Made by a program: the position numbers and the translations under genes
NCBI GenBank assembly: GCA_973895155.1
Contig: OZ316893.1
Coordinates: 12,602,359-12,666,358 of the forward strand
Length of the DNA stretch: 64,000 nucleotides
DNA from: Marsupella aquatica
Lineage: Eukaryota; Plantae; Marchantiophyta
Direction of reading: 5' to 3'
In this document: positions 1-14,200 of the stretch, one piece after another
How positions within the stretch are numbered: position 1 is the first letter of the stretch
Layout of the letters: each line of letters begins with the position of its first letter
The notes under the pieces: model-generated
Told to the model about the DNA's origin: nothing
Databases searched by the model: none
Seen by the model: the letters and a program-made list of their open reading frames with translations, nothing else

Positions 1-3000
1 GCGAGCTTTTTTGGATTTGCGAATGAATGATGATGCTGCAGTCATTGACGTCTTCAGGTCTTAGATTGCGTATGGCTGAAACATTGGACAGTTTTCAGTT
101 CCTGTAAGATCAACTCGAAATGCTCGACGTCGGTGGCCTGGAATAATCTGGAAGCTAGGTTCTGCGGATAAAACTTCGCTTATCTTGGATAATGAGCTCA
201 TTCGTGCGAGATCAAACCTTTTTGACTTGGACTTCCGCTGCCCACCTTTCAAAGTGCACGACCCTGGTAACTTTTCGATCATTATCTACGCAACGAGCCA
301 CCTGCATTTTACAGACGGAGGCTGCCTCGGTCTGTCGAGAAGCTCGTTGTACCAGCGTCGTTCTCAGATGTGCTTCCGGTCTCGTTCGGAGTTAGTTTGC
401 AAGTATCTAGCTAGATGGTGATGACCTAGAAAGCTATTCTGTACGCGTTACAACAGACTTCTCCAAGCTTATTGTCTTCAGATATTCTTCGGGCTGCTGA
501 TACCTGAGGACTTGAAGAGGCTCTTCCTCGCATGAGAAATGACGCTGTCGTTATTGGACTCTGATTGGACATTCGTATCATATATGGCAGCCGTCTCCTG
601 TAAACTGTACAGGAAAACAGCCTTAAACCCTGTCAAATGCAAGCACGGAGTTTATTGGCTTCTGATCACAACGTGCTAACATCCTAGCCTGCATCGATCT
701 TAACAACATCCTACTTTTGGTGACACCACTGAAGTACGTTAAGCTCTTGTCAGTCTGCACAATTTCAATTCGCTACTGGCTCATTGAGGTGAAGCAACAC
801 TTTCTTGGCTTCCTATTACAAGGGAGTCCTGACATGACACCGGCTAGGCCCTGTACGTCACTGTGAGCGAAATCCAACCCCACATTTTCTTTCTCTGGAT
901 CAATTCTCTGTTTCTTCCTTGTCATTTTTCCTCGTTCACAAATCCTTTCGAACAGATTGTTCACCATATTCACGTAAGCGCTTCAGACTCTCCTAGCTGA
1001 ACTGCGTGCCTCTTACCGTGGTGTACTTCAAGATCACGATATCTACCCTATAGACCCTAAACTTCTTGACATTTATTGAGACTGTCAATTGCAGTTCAAT
1101 CTTTTACAATCAAGCAAATCAGTTCTGCTGAATGAATTGTACCCCACGCACTGAGTGTTTCCACTTTTTAGATCGAAAGTGAGTTCGATCCAGAATTCAA
1201 TGGTGTACAAAGATGTTGCACTTGAAGTGATTGGGTTGGTCGTTCGTCTCGGCTGCGAGAGACTGCTCGATACCGCCGAAACTGTATAGCTGCAGGCATA
1301 CGATCCAGCTCAGCTAAAATTTCTTTCCATGCCTCATTTTAGTTGACAATAACTGCATATTTTACTGTTTTTAAGAAATACTCTGTATAAGGAAATTACT
1401 AGCTTTGTGCACATGAGGGGAATTATGAATACAGTCTTCACCTCGATATCTTCCTCTGACCTAGAATTGGGGACCCCATAGACAAACTAGATAGCCAATA
1501 GAATTATTTGCATAGTGGCGTGCTGACCCTAAACTATAGCCAATAGAACCTTTATGAGTAAACCTTACTTGTACGGTGGTTTTATTACACCCTAATGATT
1601 GACAGTTGGATTAGGCGGTGATCGATTGTCATGTTCTCGCTACAAGCTATCTCAGCTCGGGAGTAGCTGGAGAGCGATACATTTTCCGCTTTCAGTCGAG
1701 GCCAATTATCTCTACTCTCTATGTGCGTCACGTACTCTTGCATAACCATTTACGATTTCACAAGGCCAGAAAACCCCGCGTAGCTACTGTAGCTGTACGT
1801 ACCCTCAAAGTGCCAGTCATCTAGAACCCTAAATTAAAGTTTCAGAAGCTCGCTGTTGTCGCATTTGAAATTTTGCTGTGCAGGTTTAAGATTTGATTGT
1901 TTGCCCTCACAATTCTGGGGATTGCTGTTTCGCAACAACGAATCTGTGCAATTGGTTCAGCAACGTCTTATATTTACATACCAGAGCCCGCCTTTGGTAC
2001 CTAGGAATCCAGAATTTTATGGCACTCGAGCGAAACAACTCTTAGAGTGGTCCATAGGATTCATTAGCAAAGTCTGATAGGAATTGCCATATAAGCTCCC
2101 GGTTTGGAAAGGAGACCCAAAACTTCGTGCGTAAACTAGTATTATGGAAGAAGCCTAGCTTTTTCGTTCAATTCATCATTGAGGTTCTCAGATATCGCTG
2201 AAAAACCTATCTACTACCGTGACAGCACAAAAAGTTTCGTACTATTTCCCTCCCGTATCTCCCTTCAAGGCTGGGAAAAGGCTTTATTCCTGTCGCGGGT
2301 AGGAAATTTTCTCTGCCTGAGGATCTATTGGCATCCATGAGGAAGTGAAGGTAGTACGACTAGACCCAGCTGCACAAACATTTCCCTCCTTCAAATTAGC
2401 ATGGGCATATTTTTCCAGCTGTCGAATTTGTATTCGCACTCAAAAGGCCATGGTTATCTGTATCTAGAAGTGCATGTGAATCCAGCATGCTAGGAATGAT
2501 TTTGACGAACATGATTATCGAGTATACAGAAATTATACTCATGAAATATCTTTTCGGGGGGCCATGTGTACGTATTATTGTTCCGATGGTCATTGTTAGC
2601 CTCATGTAGAAGTTGCTGTGCGTATATTGCAGACTGAATGAATTCGTCCGACCGCGGTTCGAATATGAGTAGACAGTACAGAATCACTGTAGGTTAATTA
2701 AGAAACAGGCCAAATTATGTCTGTCATCCATTTTGCGCTGCAGTGTTGACACACGTACCGGCCCTTGGGGGGGAGTGGTAGTGGGACCTTCTTGGAATTC
2801 CTGTATAATTATGCGGTCCCTTTACTCGGCAGCAAAGGTTGCCATATGTTTGAAAGGTACAGCTACGTAAAGATCGGCATGGACGATGTCTTTGGGTAGG
2901 GCATGAGTGACCTATATCTGTCTCCAGCATGGGTTTTCTTCCCTATCATACGAATCTTCAGAGGTTGCATATGCACGGTTTGAGTTTTTATGATGGTCTC

Positions 3001-6000
3001 TTGAGAAGATTGCACTGGAAATTTGCCACCTGTCAATTGCTGGCTTTCGTGACAATAGCGATTGACTGCCTTAATTAGGCCCATAAAGATTTTGAATGCT
3101 TATTGAGGAAATTTGGATGGTGATAGGCTCTGGATGAGTCACAATCTATAGAAAGCATGATCTTCGGTGGAATTTCCCCAAATCCTATCATCATACACTG
3201 AATAGACGTAGAATATTCTGGAGACTTCCAGTCGATCGCTTCAATCATGTGAAGTTGCCAATCTCTCAAGGTCATCGTGAAACCGAGGTTCCCCGTGGAA
3301 GGTGAAAATTTGCCAGAAGCGACTGTAATTCTTTCTTGTTCTCGGAGCGAGGAAGTCAATAGCCGACCCACCGAAAAATTCCTAGGAGCAAATTGATCCA
3401 TGGTAAATTCATGATTCCGTTACTCTTCTGTGAACCCTTCGTTCCCTATCAAGTTGTTTACACAGCCTTTCTTCGATTGAAGCCTGTTCAGTGGAACACG
3501 AAAAGCTTGTTTGGAATTAGGTTAAACAAACACCACGATATGTCAAGGAAATACAGTACGGGGCACTAATCGACGCTGTACTTATTGAAAAAGTCTGTAG
3601 TGGTCCTGCGGCCTGAATCCTAGGAAAGAGCACTACGACAAAGCAAGTTGATGTATGAATATTTCCAATATCCACAGCAGAAGAAAAGAGAACTTGAAGT
3701 ACCATTATTGGTACAAGAGTGAGTTGATGATACTTTCTAGTTTCGGCTTATATGTATATTCTGAACTCGCCCATAGAGTTTTAATCCAAAAATGAAATTA
3801 ACCTGCAACAATATTAAATAAGCCGGTAAAATTTTGGACCTATTCTCGTGAAAAATTAATACATATATAAACAGGTAGAACCCTTCGTCATGTAAAGGCT
3901 GCTTTTGGGTAGAATATCTGTCAGGTACAGATTCCCTATTTCCCTCATGCAATCCTGTGAAAATATCCGCGACGGTTGATGAACATCACCTGAGATAGAT
4001 GTGGAAATGCAGGAAAATGGTTCTAATGTGGAGATTTTATGGTTATTGATGAGCGTGATTCCTCTTGAGACCTTTTAACTGTACATCTCAATTTTCGTTT
4101 CTTCCGTAGTATAGAGTAACATTTAGAAACGTTATGCTGTCAACTGTCTGCAAGCCTTGAGCTGTCTGTCGAGAGTTGAAAGTGTTTTCGTTGAATGTGT
4201 CTATATGAGTTTTCCTGTCACGCCCGTTGAAAAACTTTCAGCATGATCACCGCCTACTTGTTGGCATAGCTCATATTCCTTATCATTTTAGCAATCGTGT
4301 CGTCATTCACCATGTAGTCACAGAACAGCTCGATTACAGCTCTCTGTACAGGGTTAGAAAGTAATATTATGGAATGGTTGCGAGTGGATTTTGTCTGTTT
4401 CAGTGGCATGCATTTACTTGAAAGGAAGCATACTTTTGTAATCATACTCATCCTCCAACGATATCTTAATGCGGAAATACAGAGTTTCGCCGAACCTTTC
4501 CTTGATGGAAGTGTTGTTGCCAGATCCGAGCTGTTTTGTCTGGATTAATTGCAAAAAGGTGTGCTATTCGTCCATTCTGTCCAAAAAATTACTTAAAAAA
4601 TGCAACCAGAAAAGCTACTTTGGCGAAGTCCGTCCATGATGGCAGCTTCTTGTGTAAACGGTTCTCTACATAACATTCAATATTAACTGTCAGTACGCTT
4701 TTGTTTCGGCCTGCTAGAGTGACAAGCATCTTAGTACGTTTCATTGCCCAATTTGAACGTTCGTGTCAACATCATCGGCACTCTCGCGCCCTCAAAGTGA
4801 CTGATCATCACTGGACTGCAAAACAGCTGCAGTAAGACAGATTATCAAAGGACCTCCGAATTGGGACCAGTAAATTGTGGGTACAGCCAAGCCATTAATA
4901 TCGGTCAGAAACGGTATATTTGAGATTTATGGATAGCTCTCCATTGTACTCCCGGTGTGAACTCGGTTTGTTCCAGATTCACTTGTATAAATCCCTTAGA
5001 CACCTATGGAAAATAGTGTACGTTGTATGAAAATAAGTCAAATTCACTTCTCGTTCTCTAAAAGGACATGATTTCTACTGGTACCTAACCTAAGGAGACA
5101 ACTTTTACTTTTTTACTACTTAGTTCTTTCTAGATATCGATATACTGATTTGGATTTACAAATGAAAGTTCGAGGTCGCACTGTCGCTAGGAGTGAATGG
5201 ATATATTAGTACGAAAAGGAAAGTGCAGTGCCTAGATTATTGGTGTCAAATGGCCAGAAGCTTGCCTAGCAATAGGCTCCTTGGGCCGAATTTGGGTGAG
5301 TTTGTCATTATGCTATGGAAAGCAATTCGGGAGCAATTCAGAGATGCCAAGGGCGAATTTCCAGGTCACTGACCTTTAAATTGGCAGACACGGAAAAAGT
5401 TCTTTAAATGGTAGTGTCCACTCATTGAAATGGGCATTGAAACCAGAATTGACGATCAAACAGACAGCATGGCTTAGAAATTGAGGTGGGAGGTAATGAC
5501 CGTCTAAATGCTGCGGTTATGTGTCAAGTGAGTGTAAAGTGAGTGTAAAGTGAGCAGTTGTGCTACACTTTTGTTTCAATTTAGTTTGGTTCAAGGTTTC
5601 GCTAGTGGACTTTCTTTTTTGCCTTGAAAGTTCTCTAGTGGATTTTTTCGAGTGCGCTTATTGAGTGGAGTTGGTTAGGTTCTGGACAGGGCTTCGGCCT
5701 TCCAGCGTTTAGAGTATGGATCGTCCGACTTTAATTAAGCTTCAGGGCCTTCACATTTTTTTATACTGGAGTTTGGTTGCTATCTTCTACGCAGGAATTT
5801 GTCTTGCAATCTTTGAAAGTACTGCTTGGTCCTAAGCTTCTTGAGTGCAGCTAGACCTTCAGCTAATGCGGTGAGGTCGAGGTTCTGGACATGAGTTCAA
5901 GTTGCTTTCTAGAGTAGCTCAGATGTAACATTAGTTGCGTGGAATTGGGCTCCAAGATTCTTGAGTGGATAATTGGCGTTGGGCCTCTAAACCGAGTTCG

Positions 6001-8279
6001 GTTCTCCAATTTCGTCAGTGGGTGTCCTGCTTGGTCTGGACATTCGAACATTAGATTTAGAGTACTTAGGCGCGCAACCTTGTTTGGTCATGAGAAACGA
6101 ATAATCCTGCACTTAGTGTTTCCTATGAACAAGTGGCCACAGCGCCGATTCTAACTAGTGTCCACGGAGGCAAGCCCAAGAAGTCTCAGAGATCAAGGGT
6201 GGCTCTCAACACTAACATCGTTTTTCGCTGGGCGATAGGCTCGTCAACGTTGAGGTCACATTGCATGAAATGGCGCCTGTCGGACCCTTTGGAAGCTATA
6301 GTTCCAAAGAAGTAGATCGAGTAGCAGTACAGATTTGTGTGAATAGTAGTTGCTTGACGACAAATCACTATTCACACAAAGCCATGAACTCATTTCAATT
6401 AGCCTCGCAAATTTAATTTTCAATCGTCAATTTCTTATTCACATGGCTCCTCTCGTCGGCCGTGTGAGTAGCTCCACATATGTTCTACATATTTTAAGTA
6501 TCGGTTCCCGAGCCCGACCAGCGAGTGATCATCGGCGCCATAGAAAAATTTGCAGATACTGCATGTATGAGTGGAGGCTTGGCAGATTCGTTAATCAGTC
6601 ATCGGAAATCATAGGTGCAGGTTCATTTTTGCCAATCCACTGCCCGCCAGAATGTACCAACCAGAATGCAATTCACGAATGAAGGAAGATTGCGAAGCAT
6701 CGAGTACAGCTCCACCAGCAAACGCAGACTAGAAAAGTACTCCGGATATTTCTCACGACCTTCTTCAGTTTTTCCCTTTTTGCCCGTGCGATCGGCCAGT
6801 AATCGCTTTTAGTTGCCACCTCTCCACGTGTAGCATTTCAGATGAATCCTATTCGCTCGACCCGTTGGAAAAATCTCGACTGTCTGGCAGGCATGCTGAA
6901 TACGCCACGCTCTCATCTGGTACGGGTTAGTGTAACTTTTCGGATGAAATCCATTGGTTCGACCCCTAGAAAGTTCTCGATCGCCTGGCAATCTGGCATG
7001 TACTGGGTCGATATGCCGCGTTCTCATCGGGTACGGGCAGGGTTGGGACCGTGTGGTAGGTTCGTGACATTGCGGTAGGTTTGGGAAGTCCGAACGTATC
7101 TATGTTGGAATGTGCATCAAAGAGATGGAATGAATCTATGGAGCGCCTTTCGTTTTCGGGCGGTGTGATTGTGAGTGCGAGTGTGATACAATACATTCGC
7201 GTCTTCGTTCACGCTCATCCATCATCAATCCAGGCACACCAAACTTGAGACGCGATGCGCCCACCAATGTGAGCTTGCAACAAGCGAAGCTGCGGCGATT
7301 TGGAGACAATCATCATAGGTGACAGTCTGCTTTGCAATGCGGGTGCTGTAGTACGTTGCGGGGGTGCTTCATTGGCCAGCGACGACGGCTTGGATTGCTG
7401 TAAACTTCTCTCGAGCTTCGTTTAGATTGATTGATACTCCTGGCCTGCAGTATTTGAACCGACTTTGGGATCGCTTTGCTTTGAAATTGTGTGGTTACTG
7501 GCATTGGACGATCGAGCGGTCTTGACTCGATACGCTCAATAGGAAAACTTTGCGCGTTGTAGATCATATTTTTCGACTCTTTATCACCTGGCCGGCTGAG
7601 GATTGCTGATACTGTGGCAAGGATATTGAAAACGTGCAAGGTCAGAAAAACCGTTCTACCTGAGGGTCTCCCGGGCCCCGATCTTAAGCGATCGACTGGA
7701 TGCGACTAGATTTTTTTTGAACCAGGTTACAGTCCTGTTGGGTACATCCCGCTTTTGTTAGAAATCACGATGGGCTGAATTCGATCAGATATTGGATGTG
7801 TGCGCGTGCGCCGAAACAGAAGCAGGGCAACGTACTTGTTTGAGGTGTTTGTGAGAACATCCCTTCTGCTCCTCATATGAAATATATCATTGTAAAACGC
7901 AAACTTGACAAGAACAATATCGACTTACGCCAATGCCTATTTTCGTCTAAAGTTGCTTGAGGAACTCCTCGACACCTATCACAGATAAGGAACATCGCAC
8001 AGCGATCTGTTAACATGCCGGCCTTGCCAAAGGCATGAAAAGGACGTGAGGCCGTGTGCCTCGCGGACTCGTGAAGTATTGTACAGACGTTGCACTGTTT
8101 TGTATCAAACTCGCTGCCTCCAGCACATCTGTGTCGTTATCGACACCTCCACAGGTCTACCACGTCTGGCAGTCGATCAAGCAATCGTTTACTACCAATT
8201 TCTGCTCTGCAGGACACCTCTTAACCCCCTGTTTTTTGGTCTCGTTAATTAGTGCAGATTGGTAGCTCTGGCAGGAAAC

Positions 8280-11200
8280 ATGCGGCATTTGAAGACTACA
8301 AACGTTGGAGACGACGCTGATACGCAGGAAGTCTGTAATAGGTCACGGATAGAAGCTATTGGCCCTGTTGGACGACGGGCGCAACCAGAAGTTGGAGTTT
8401 CGGCTTCAGATTGGGACATAAGAAGACTGCATGTGGTTCCCAAGGACTTGCCTGTCAGTAGATTGCTGTGCGAGAATGCCTGGAACTCACTCACAGATTC
8501 TCAAAAGCATTTCGTGCATCATTTTGGGCGAGCTTCGTGGGCGGGAGCTCGAATATGTGCTCATCAGGTATCTCAGGTAATGCCTTCGATCAACAGCTCT
8601 CTTGCTTTTTCTATATTGCTGGCATGCCCCTAGAAACTGTTTTTTGGGTTATTACTACTACGGATGTCTTTAAGCCCAGAGAACCGGGGAGCTGGTTTCC
8701 TGATTTCATCTTGCTTATGATCACAACTTATGAACTTAGGTCCTCGACGCACAAATACGAACTGCTTTAGACTTCATACGTTTAGAAAACTCCCAGATCA
8801 AAGTCAAACGCAAAAGCAATGTTGTCAATAATTGAGGAGATAAACCGGCTCTAAGACCAGAAACATTAATGACGACCTTGGACTATTCCTTTACTGGTCA
8901 TCACTCTCGTTGACCGAGTAGAGAACTTTGCCCTAACATGTACCTCCTACTGTGTATTTAACTGTGGAAACCTTCGCCTTTTGTACGCGGTGTGACTATC
9001 TCTTGGTCCGACATCAACGGCGAGTACCATCGTGTAATTTTGTTTGCCGATGTATGCCAAGTGTACGAGTAAGTTGATAGCCTCTTGTTGGCACCAGCCA
9101 CGCATGAGAACTGGATCATGTGATAAAATTAAATAGAAAATAGAAATAAAGCATATCCTTACGTCTAGGATAATGACGGTCTGGTCGACCGTTACTAGGT
9201 TGTAATGGGACGACCAGGTTCTGACATAGTTGTGACCGGCGGTAGCCGGGAGCGACTGTGGAGGAACCGGGGAGGGCCAGTACAACGTAGTAACGGACGA
9301 CCGAGATCGTTATTAACGTACGTAATCATGGTTTTTAGTCCATATTACCGGCTGTGACCAGTTCAATCAATCGGGAACGTCGATGCAGTGCGAGCCGTGG
9401 CAGCGGGGTAAAGAAGGAAAGGGGCGCCTAGCTCCTCATTCAACATTTCGAATTGTGTTTGAGCTTTGGGCGGAGGCGACAAGCAGTAGCACCCGATTTG
9501 AGTTTGAGCTTCGTGCAGACGAGCAGCAGTAGCTGCCAACGATGAAACGATCAATAGCGCCAATGGAGAGCTTGAATGCAATGGAGATCAATGGAGCGAT
9601 GGAGATCAATTGAGTACAGTGGCAATGAGCGGGGAATGGCAGCATCGGGTTCAAATTTCTTTCAGCCAAGAATTGCTAGTTTCTTGGAGCGGTGACTGGC
9701 AGATGACAATCTTGTTTCCATGCAAGTTGATGAAGGAATGGCGAGTTGCATGGAGCGGGGAGTGACCGATATCCTTTTTGAATTTGTGTTTGTCTATGCG
9801 AGTTGCAACAGCGCCTTGAAGACAGTTGAGTTGCATACAGTCGAGTTGATAGAAGACTCTCATTCGCTGTGTACCTACAATCTTTTTAGTAACTATGTTA
9901 GCCCAGGTCGAGAGTTTGGTCTCATTCTCTGAAATACTAATGTCGATAGCACCCATGTTTGCTGGATGTGAAGTCTTGGACGAAGAGATGGCGGACGTGA
10001 GTGGGGGAATGCAAGTGAGTGAGAGCATTGTTAAGGACGTGAGTGACAATTCAGGGACAATCGACAGAGCAATAACCGATGTTGAAGAGCACTGGAGCTC
10101 TGAAGACTCTGATTTCCTATTAGTCGATGAGTTGATCGCTGGTGAGGAGATGGATGTAGATAGTCCTGATTTATCAAATGTTTTTGATGAGTTATCCAGA
10201 GAGAGTGCAACAGTCAATATCGTCACTGTTCTTGCTGAGAATTGTGTAAACATTCCTAACGACGGACAGATCGAGGCTACAGAGGCAACAAAGGTAAGCA
10301 TGCCAGGGCTGCGGGCGCTCCCCGACCCTGGTTTAGCAGATGCAGGGAAAGGAAAGGAGAGACTTCCTTCAGAGAACAATGACAAGTGGGCCTCGAAGCG
10401 AGCTAACGACCTGAGGAAAGGGTTAGGTTGGGACATGTCTATAGGTTTAGGAGACTTGCCATTGAGGCAACTCGATGAGTTATTGAGTAACCTATTTTCC
10501 AGAGTTGTTAAGGTCGATGGGACACCTTATCCCTCATCCACGCTTATGAACATGTGTAATGGATTCAATCGGATCATCAGAAGAGCGAGTGACATCAGGT
10601 CCTTGACAGAACAGACAAATCTAGTTGAGAGAGACTTCAACATAAACTCTCATCCAGCATTTGCAAAAACGCGGATGGTTGTCGTTGCTGCAATAAAAAA
10701 AAGCGCGAAGGAAGGACTAAACAAGAAGAGGCTGAAAGTGAGTATTACTTGATTCATAAGCCTTTCGCACTTACTGTATTGTTTAGTCCTTCCGCATACT
10801 GTTCTTTTAATTGAAGCAAAATCATCTGGCACCGATGGTAGTGCAATAGGTGCATTCTATGTAAAATCTTGTTGAATTCCTACCTCCAGCCGCAAATGCT
10901 TTGTGCTCACTCTAGGCGACCGATAATCTTTGAGCTCCTTCGCATAGGCACGTCACTCAAGGTTGGTTTCCTGATGCACTGGAGGGGAGTTCATTGACAC
11001 GAGGTTTAACTCCCGACAGAGAGCAGCTATCAGCTATCAAAATCGGTCTTGTCTAAGTCAGAAATGTGGAGAGCTTGTCCGAGACCGAATGGGGTCATCT
11101 CAGACAATTAATAGACCTTCTGACTTGGGAGTCATCCGAGAACAACGTTCAGGGCTTAAGCTACGATGTTTCTGCCAAAGATGTGGCTCGGTGTCGTACT

Positions 11201-14200
11201 TAACAGGGACTTGTGAGGACGCAGCTGACTCAGTCTTCCCAGGGTCGCTCATCCTTTGATTCCCTGTTCTCAATGTATCGATATACTAGAATTAGCAATG
11301 TGCACCACTATTCTCAATTTGCTAAGTCACAGACTTCAATTCACTAAAACAAAATAAAATCTAATCGTACGCAATGAGTGCCCGACTGAGTGGAACAACT
11401 GGACGTGATGATCGATCCCGACTGAGTGGAACAACTGGACATGATGATCGATCGACTCAGCTATTCTGTGACCGCAAAGCTTGTAGGGGGATGGTCCATC
11501 GACTATCTGTCCTGGCTTTTGCCTGTGTTCTGGAGTTAGAGACTTCAATGCACTGTCTGATTTCTGATAGACTTTTGGTTGTGTTTTGTTGCAGTCGGAA
11601 ATACTGACGGAAGAACACGAGAAAGCAATTTTGGCAGACATCGACCATCAAGTGACATCAAGCCATGGATGCCAAAAACGTTTGGCATTTTTTTTCCTTG
11701 TCAGGCTCGGTATTCGTGGAGGCATGGAACTGTGGAATTTACACAGAGATGATATTATTGTCTGCATTGATAGGTCTGGGAAGGAGTATGTGAAGTGAGT
11801 GCTCGATTGAAACCATGAATGAGTTTAATTGTTTGATGTTATATTTCCTCTTTCTCAAGACCCGCCCTGTGAGACTTCCCTGTAATAGAGCCTATCCACG
11901 GGAGAATGGAACCTGCGGCTGACACTCTTTGGTTTGCGCACTCTTTCTAAGAGTTTTACTGATGTTCGTGTGGCAGATTTGAGGAGCGATTAAGTAAGAA
12001 CAACAACTATAGCATGGATCGTTACAGTGAAGAGCAATTCAGAAATGTTTATCATAGTTACGAAGATGATTTTGTCATGACAGTAACACAATATAAGCGT
12101 CATCTGCCATGCCCTGAGGAGACAGAGAAGCCTGATTTGTTTATGCAGGCTATAACTAACCCTGTTAGCATTGTGTGGTACAATAAGTGTCAAAAAGTTG
12201 GGAAGGGGGCTGCAGGAGGTTGGCTGAAGAATATGGCGTTACTTGTGGGATTGCCCCCTGAAATTTTTACAAACCGAAGTGGGAGGGCAACATTAGTGAC
12301 GCGCATGGCTGCCAAAGGAGTGCCTGACGAGGTAGGCATGGCCATAACTGGTCATCGCAGTACTGGAGGGTACAAGAGATACGATAGAACTCAAAAGTTG
12401 AAAATGGAAGCTGCAGCCTTAGTCTCCTCAAGTCCGAATGTGGATTATGGACAGGCACTAGCTCACGTGTCAAAATCTTTCGTGGAGGAGGAGTTAGTCG
12501 GTTCCTCTACAGCTTTGAAACCCTTGATTGACAGGGTGAGTGAGAAATTCAACATGCAATTGGCGTTGCAAAATGGAGTACAGGTGAGTACGTACTGGAT
12601 TTTGCAATCTATCACTTCCGAAAAATTACGGACTACCGCCTCATTTCGATAAGAATAACCTGTCTACAATTCTTCGTGAAGTTTGAACTACAAGAAAGAA
12701 TTGTCGATCTTCCATGAATGCATCGATCTCTCAGCGGTCCAAGAAGTGAAATCGGCACGTCGCGAGGCGACAGAAGGATCTGTCTCTATCTCTGTCTCCG
12801 ACCTTGTTTTTGACTCGCATAGTTTTTCAACTTGTACATTTTGTGTCTTGTTCGTCCTTAGGGGTTTTAGTGGAGAGGGGAAGAGCATCGCAGCTCTGTT
12901 TTCGGAAAGGTGTCTTTATGTATTATTGTCTGATTGTAAATTTGTGTTCAGCCGGAAAACAATGTCTAACCGACTATACCAGAATTGTTGACCAGAATAA
13001 TTATCTGTTTTTCTTCTTGGATTATAGGGATCGAACACACCACAGAAGCAAGAGTTGGCAATAACACAGAACAACCAGGTGAGTTGTTGGTGAGGTGTTA
13101 GTAGTGAGGCTCTGTGTGGTTGGCATTTCAGACAAACGCCTGTCTTGAGGCATCGCCGTCAAGACACCTTCGCTCTTCAAAAGATTTACGTCAAAAGAGC
13201 TCTTCAAAAGTGTGTATCTATGGCTTCGGTCAATCTGCTCTGTGGTTTTTTTCTTGTGTGTGTCCACTTTACCTAGTCTCGGGAAGAGTTGGCGGTCGAA
13301 GAGAGTAGGAGAGGGGAGAGAGCTCAAGGTCATGTCCATGCAAACAGCGCTATGGGAGGTCGGTGGCTGGTGTGACCTAAATCAAGACTCGGACTGGCTC
13401 TAGTGTCTGTCACATGTCAAAATAGGGCTCGTTAGGTTTCTGGTGTGTTTCTCTCCGCTTCGTTTTCATCTGGAAAGGATAGGAGGAGATGGTGTTCTTC
13501 CTCGGGGCAGGGGCTGTAGGGTGGCTGTGATGGAGCCTCGCTTTTGAGCTTATTCCGTGTTAGTGGGGCGAGTTTGATACCTGGGACTTCACAGCTAACT
13601 TTTGTCGGCAGTAGTACCGTGTTCCCTGATGTTTCCATGAGGGAAAGGCTATTCAAAGTTTTCATGTCTGCTGACAGTGTAGTATTGCGCTTTTAAGCGC
13701 AGGATTCCTTGTACGTTCGGTTTTAGGCACGGGTCTATTTGGTTCCTTTAATTGGAAGGATTTGGTGGTGTGGATTGGAGCTCGGTAGTCCGGGTCCTTC
13801 CGTTCTTCCTTTCATATTACCTTTCAGGAGTCTGCCTTGCAGTAGTCTGGTGATTTTGATTAGCTTGGTTCCCAGTGCATCGCGTCGAGCGGAGATTTTT
13901 TTTGTTGTCTCAATAATCATACATGTCTCAGCTATAATATCTGCCGTAATCATCTAGTGATTTCAAGTAGATTTTGTTTTCGGATTGACCTACTTGTAAT
14001 TGACTTCCATGTTTCTTCTTTTTTGTGTCTTTCTTTCCTCAGCTCTTCAAAAGATCGTGTGTGCTATTACGTCCTTATTCTGAACCAAGCCCCTAAATTG
14101 TGATCGACTTGGCTGGGATTGTGCAATCGAAGTCATAGTGACAGTTGTGTGAAAATTATAAAATTAGGGTAAGATTTTGCCTTGCTCGCCCCGGGTAGCC

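Noticed and set aside
1-1020. Possible minus-strand spliced gene (ORFs 61-282 and 773-973, splice-like sites)
   Set aside because: The exon joins I tried hit stop codons and no protein motif was recognisable.
2396-7639. Numerous 60-110-aa ORFs on both strands
   Set aside because: No recognisable domains or consistent exon chain; compatible with chance ORFs.
9651-10436. 261-aa minus-strand ORF
   Set aside because: Antisense shadow of YR exon 1; Ser/Leu-rich with no motif.
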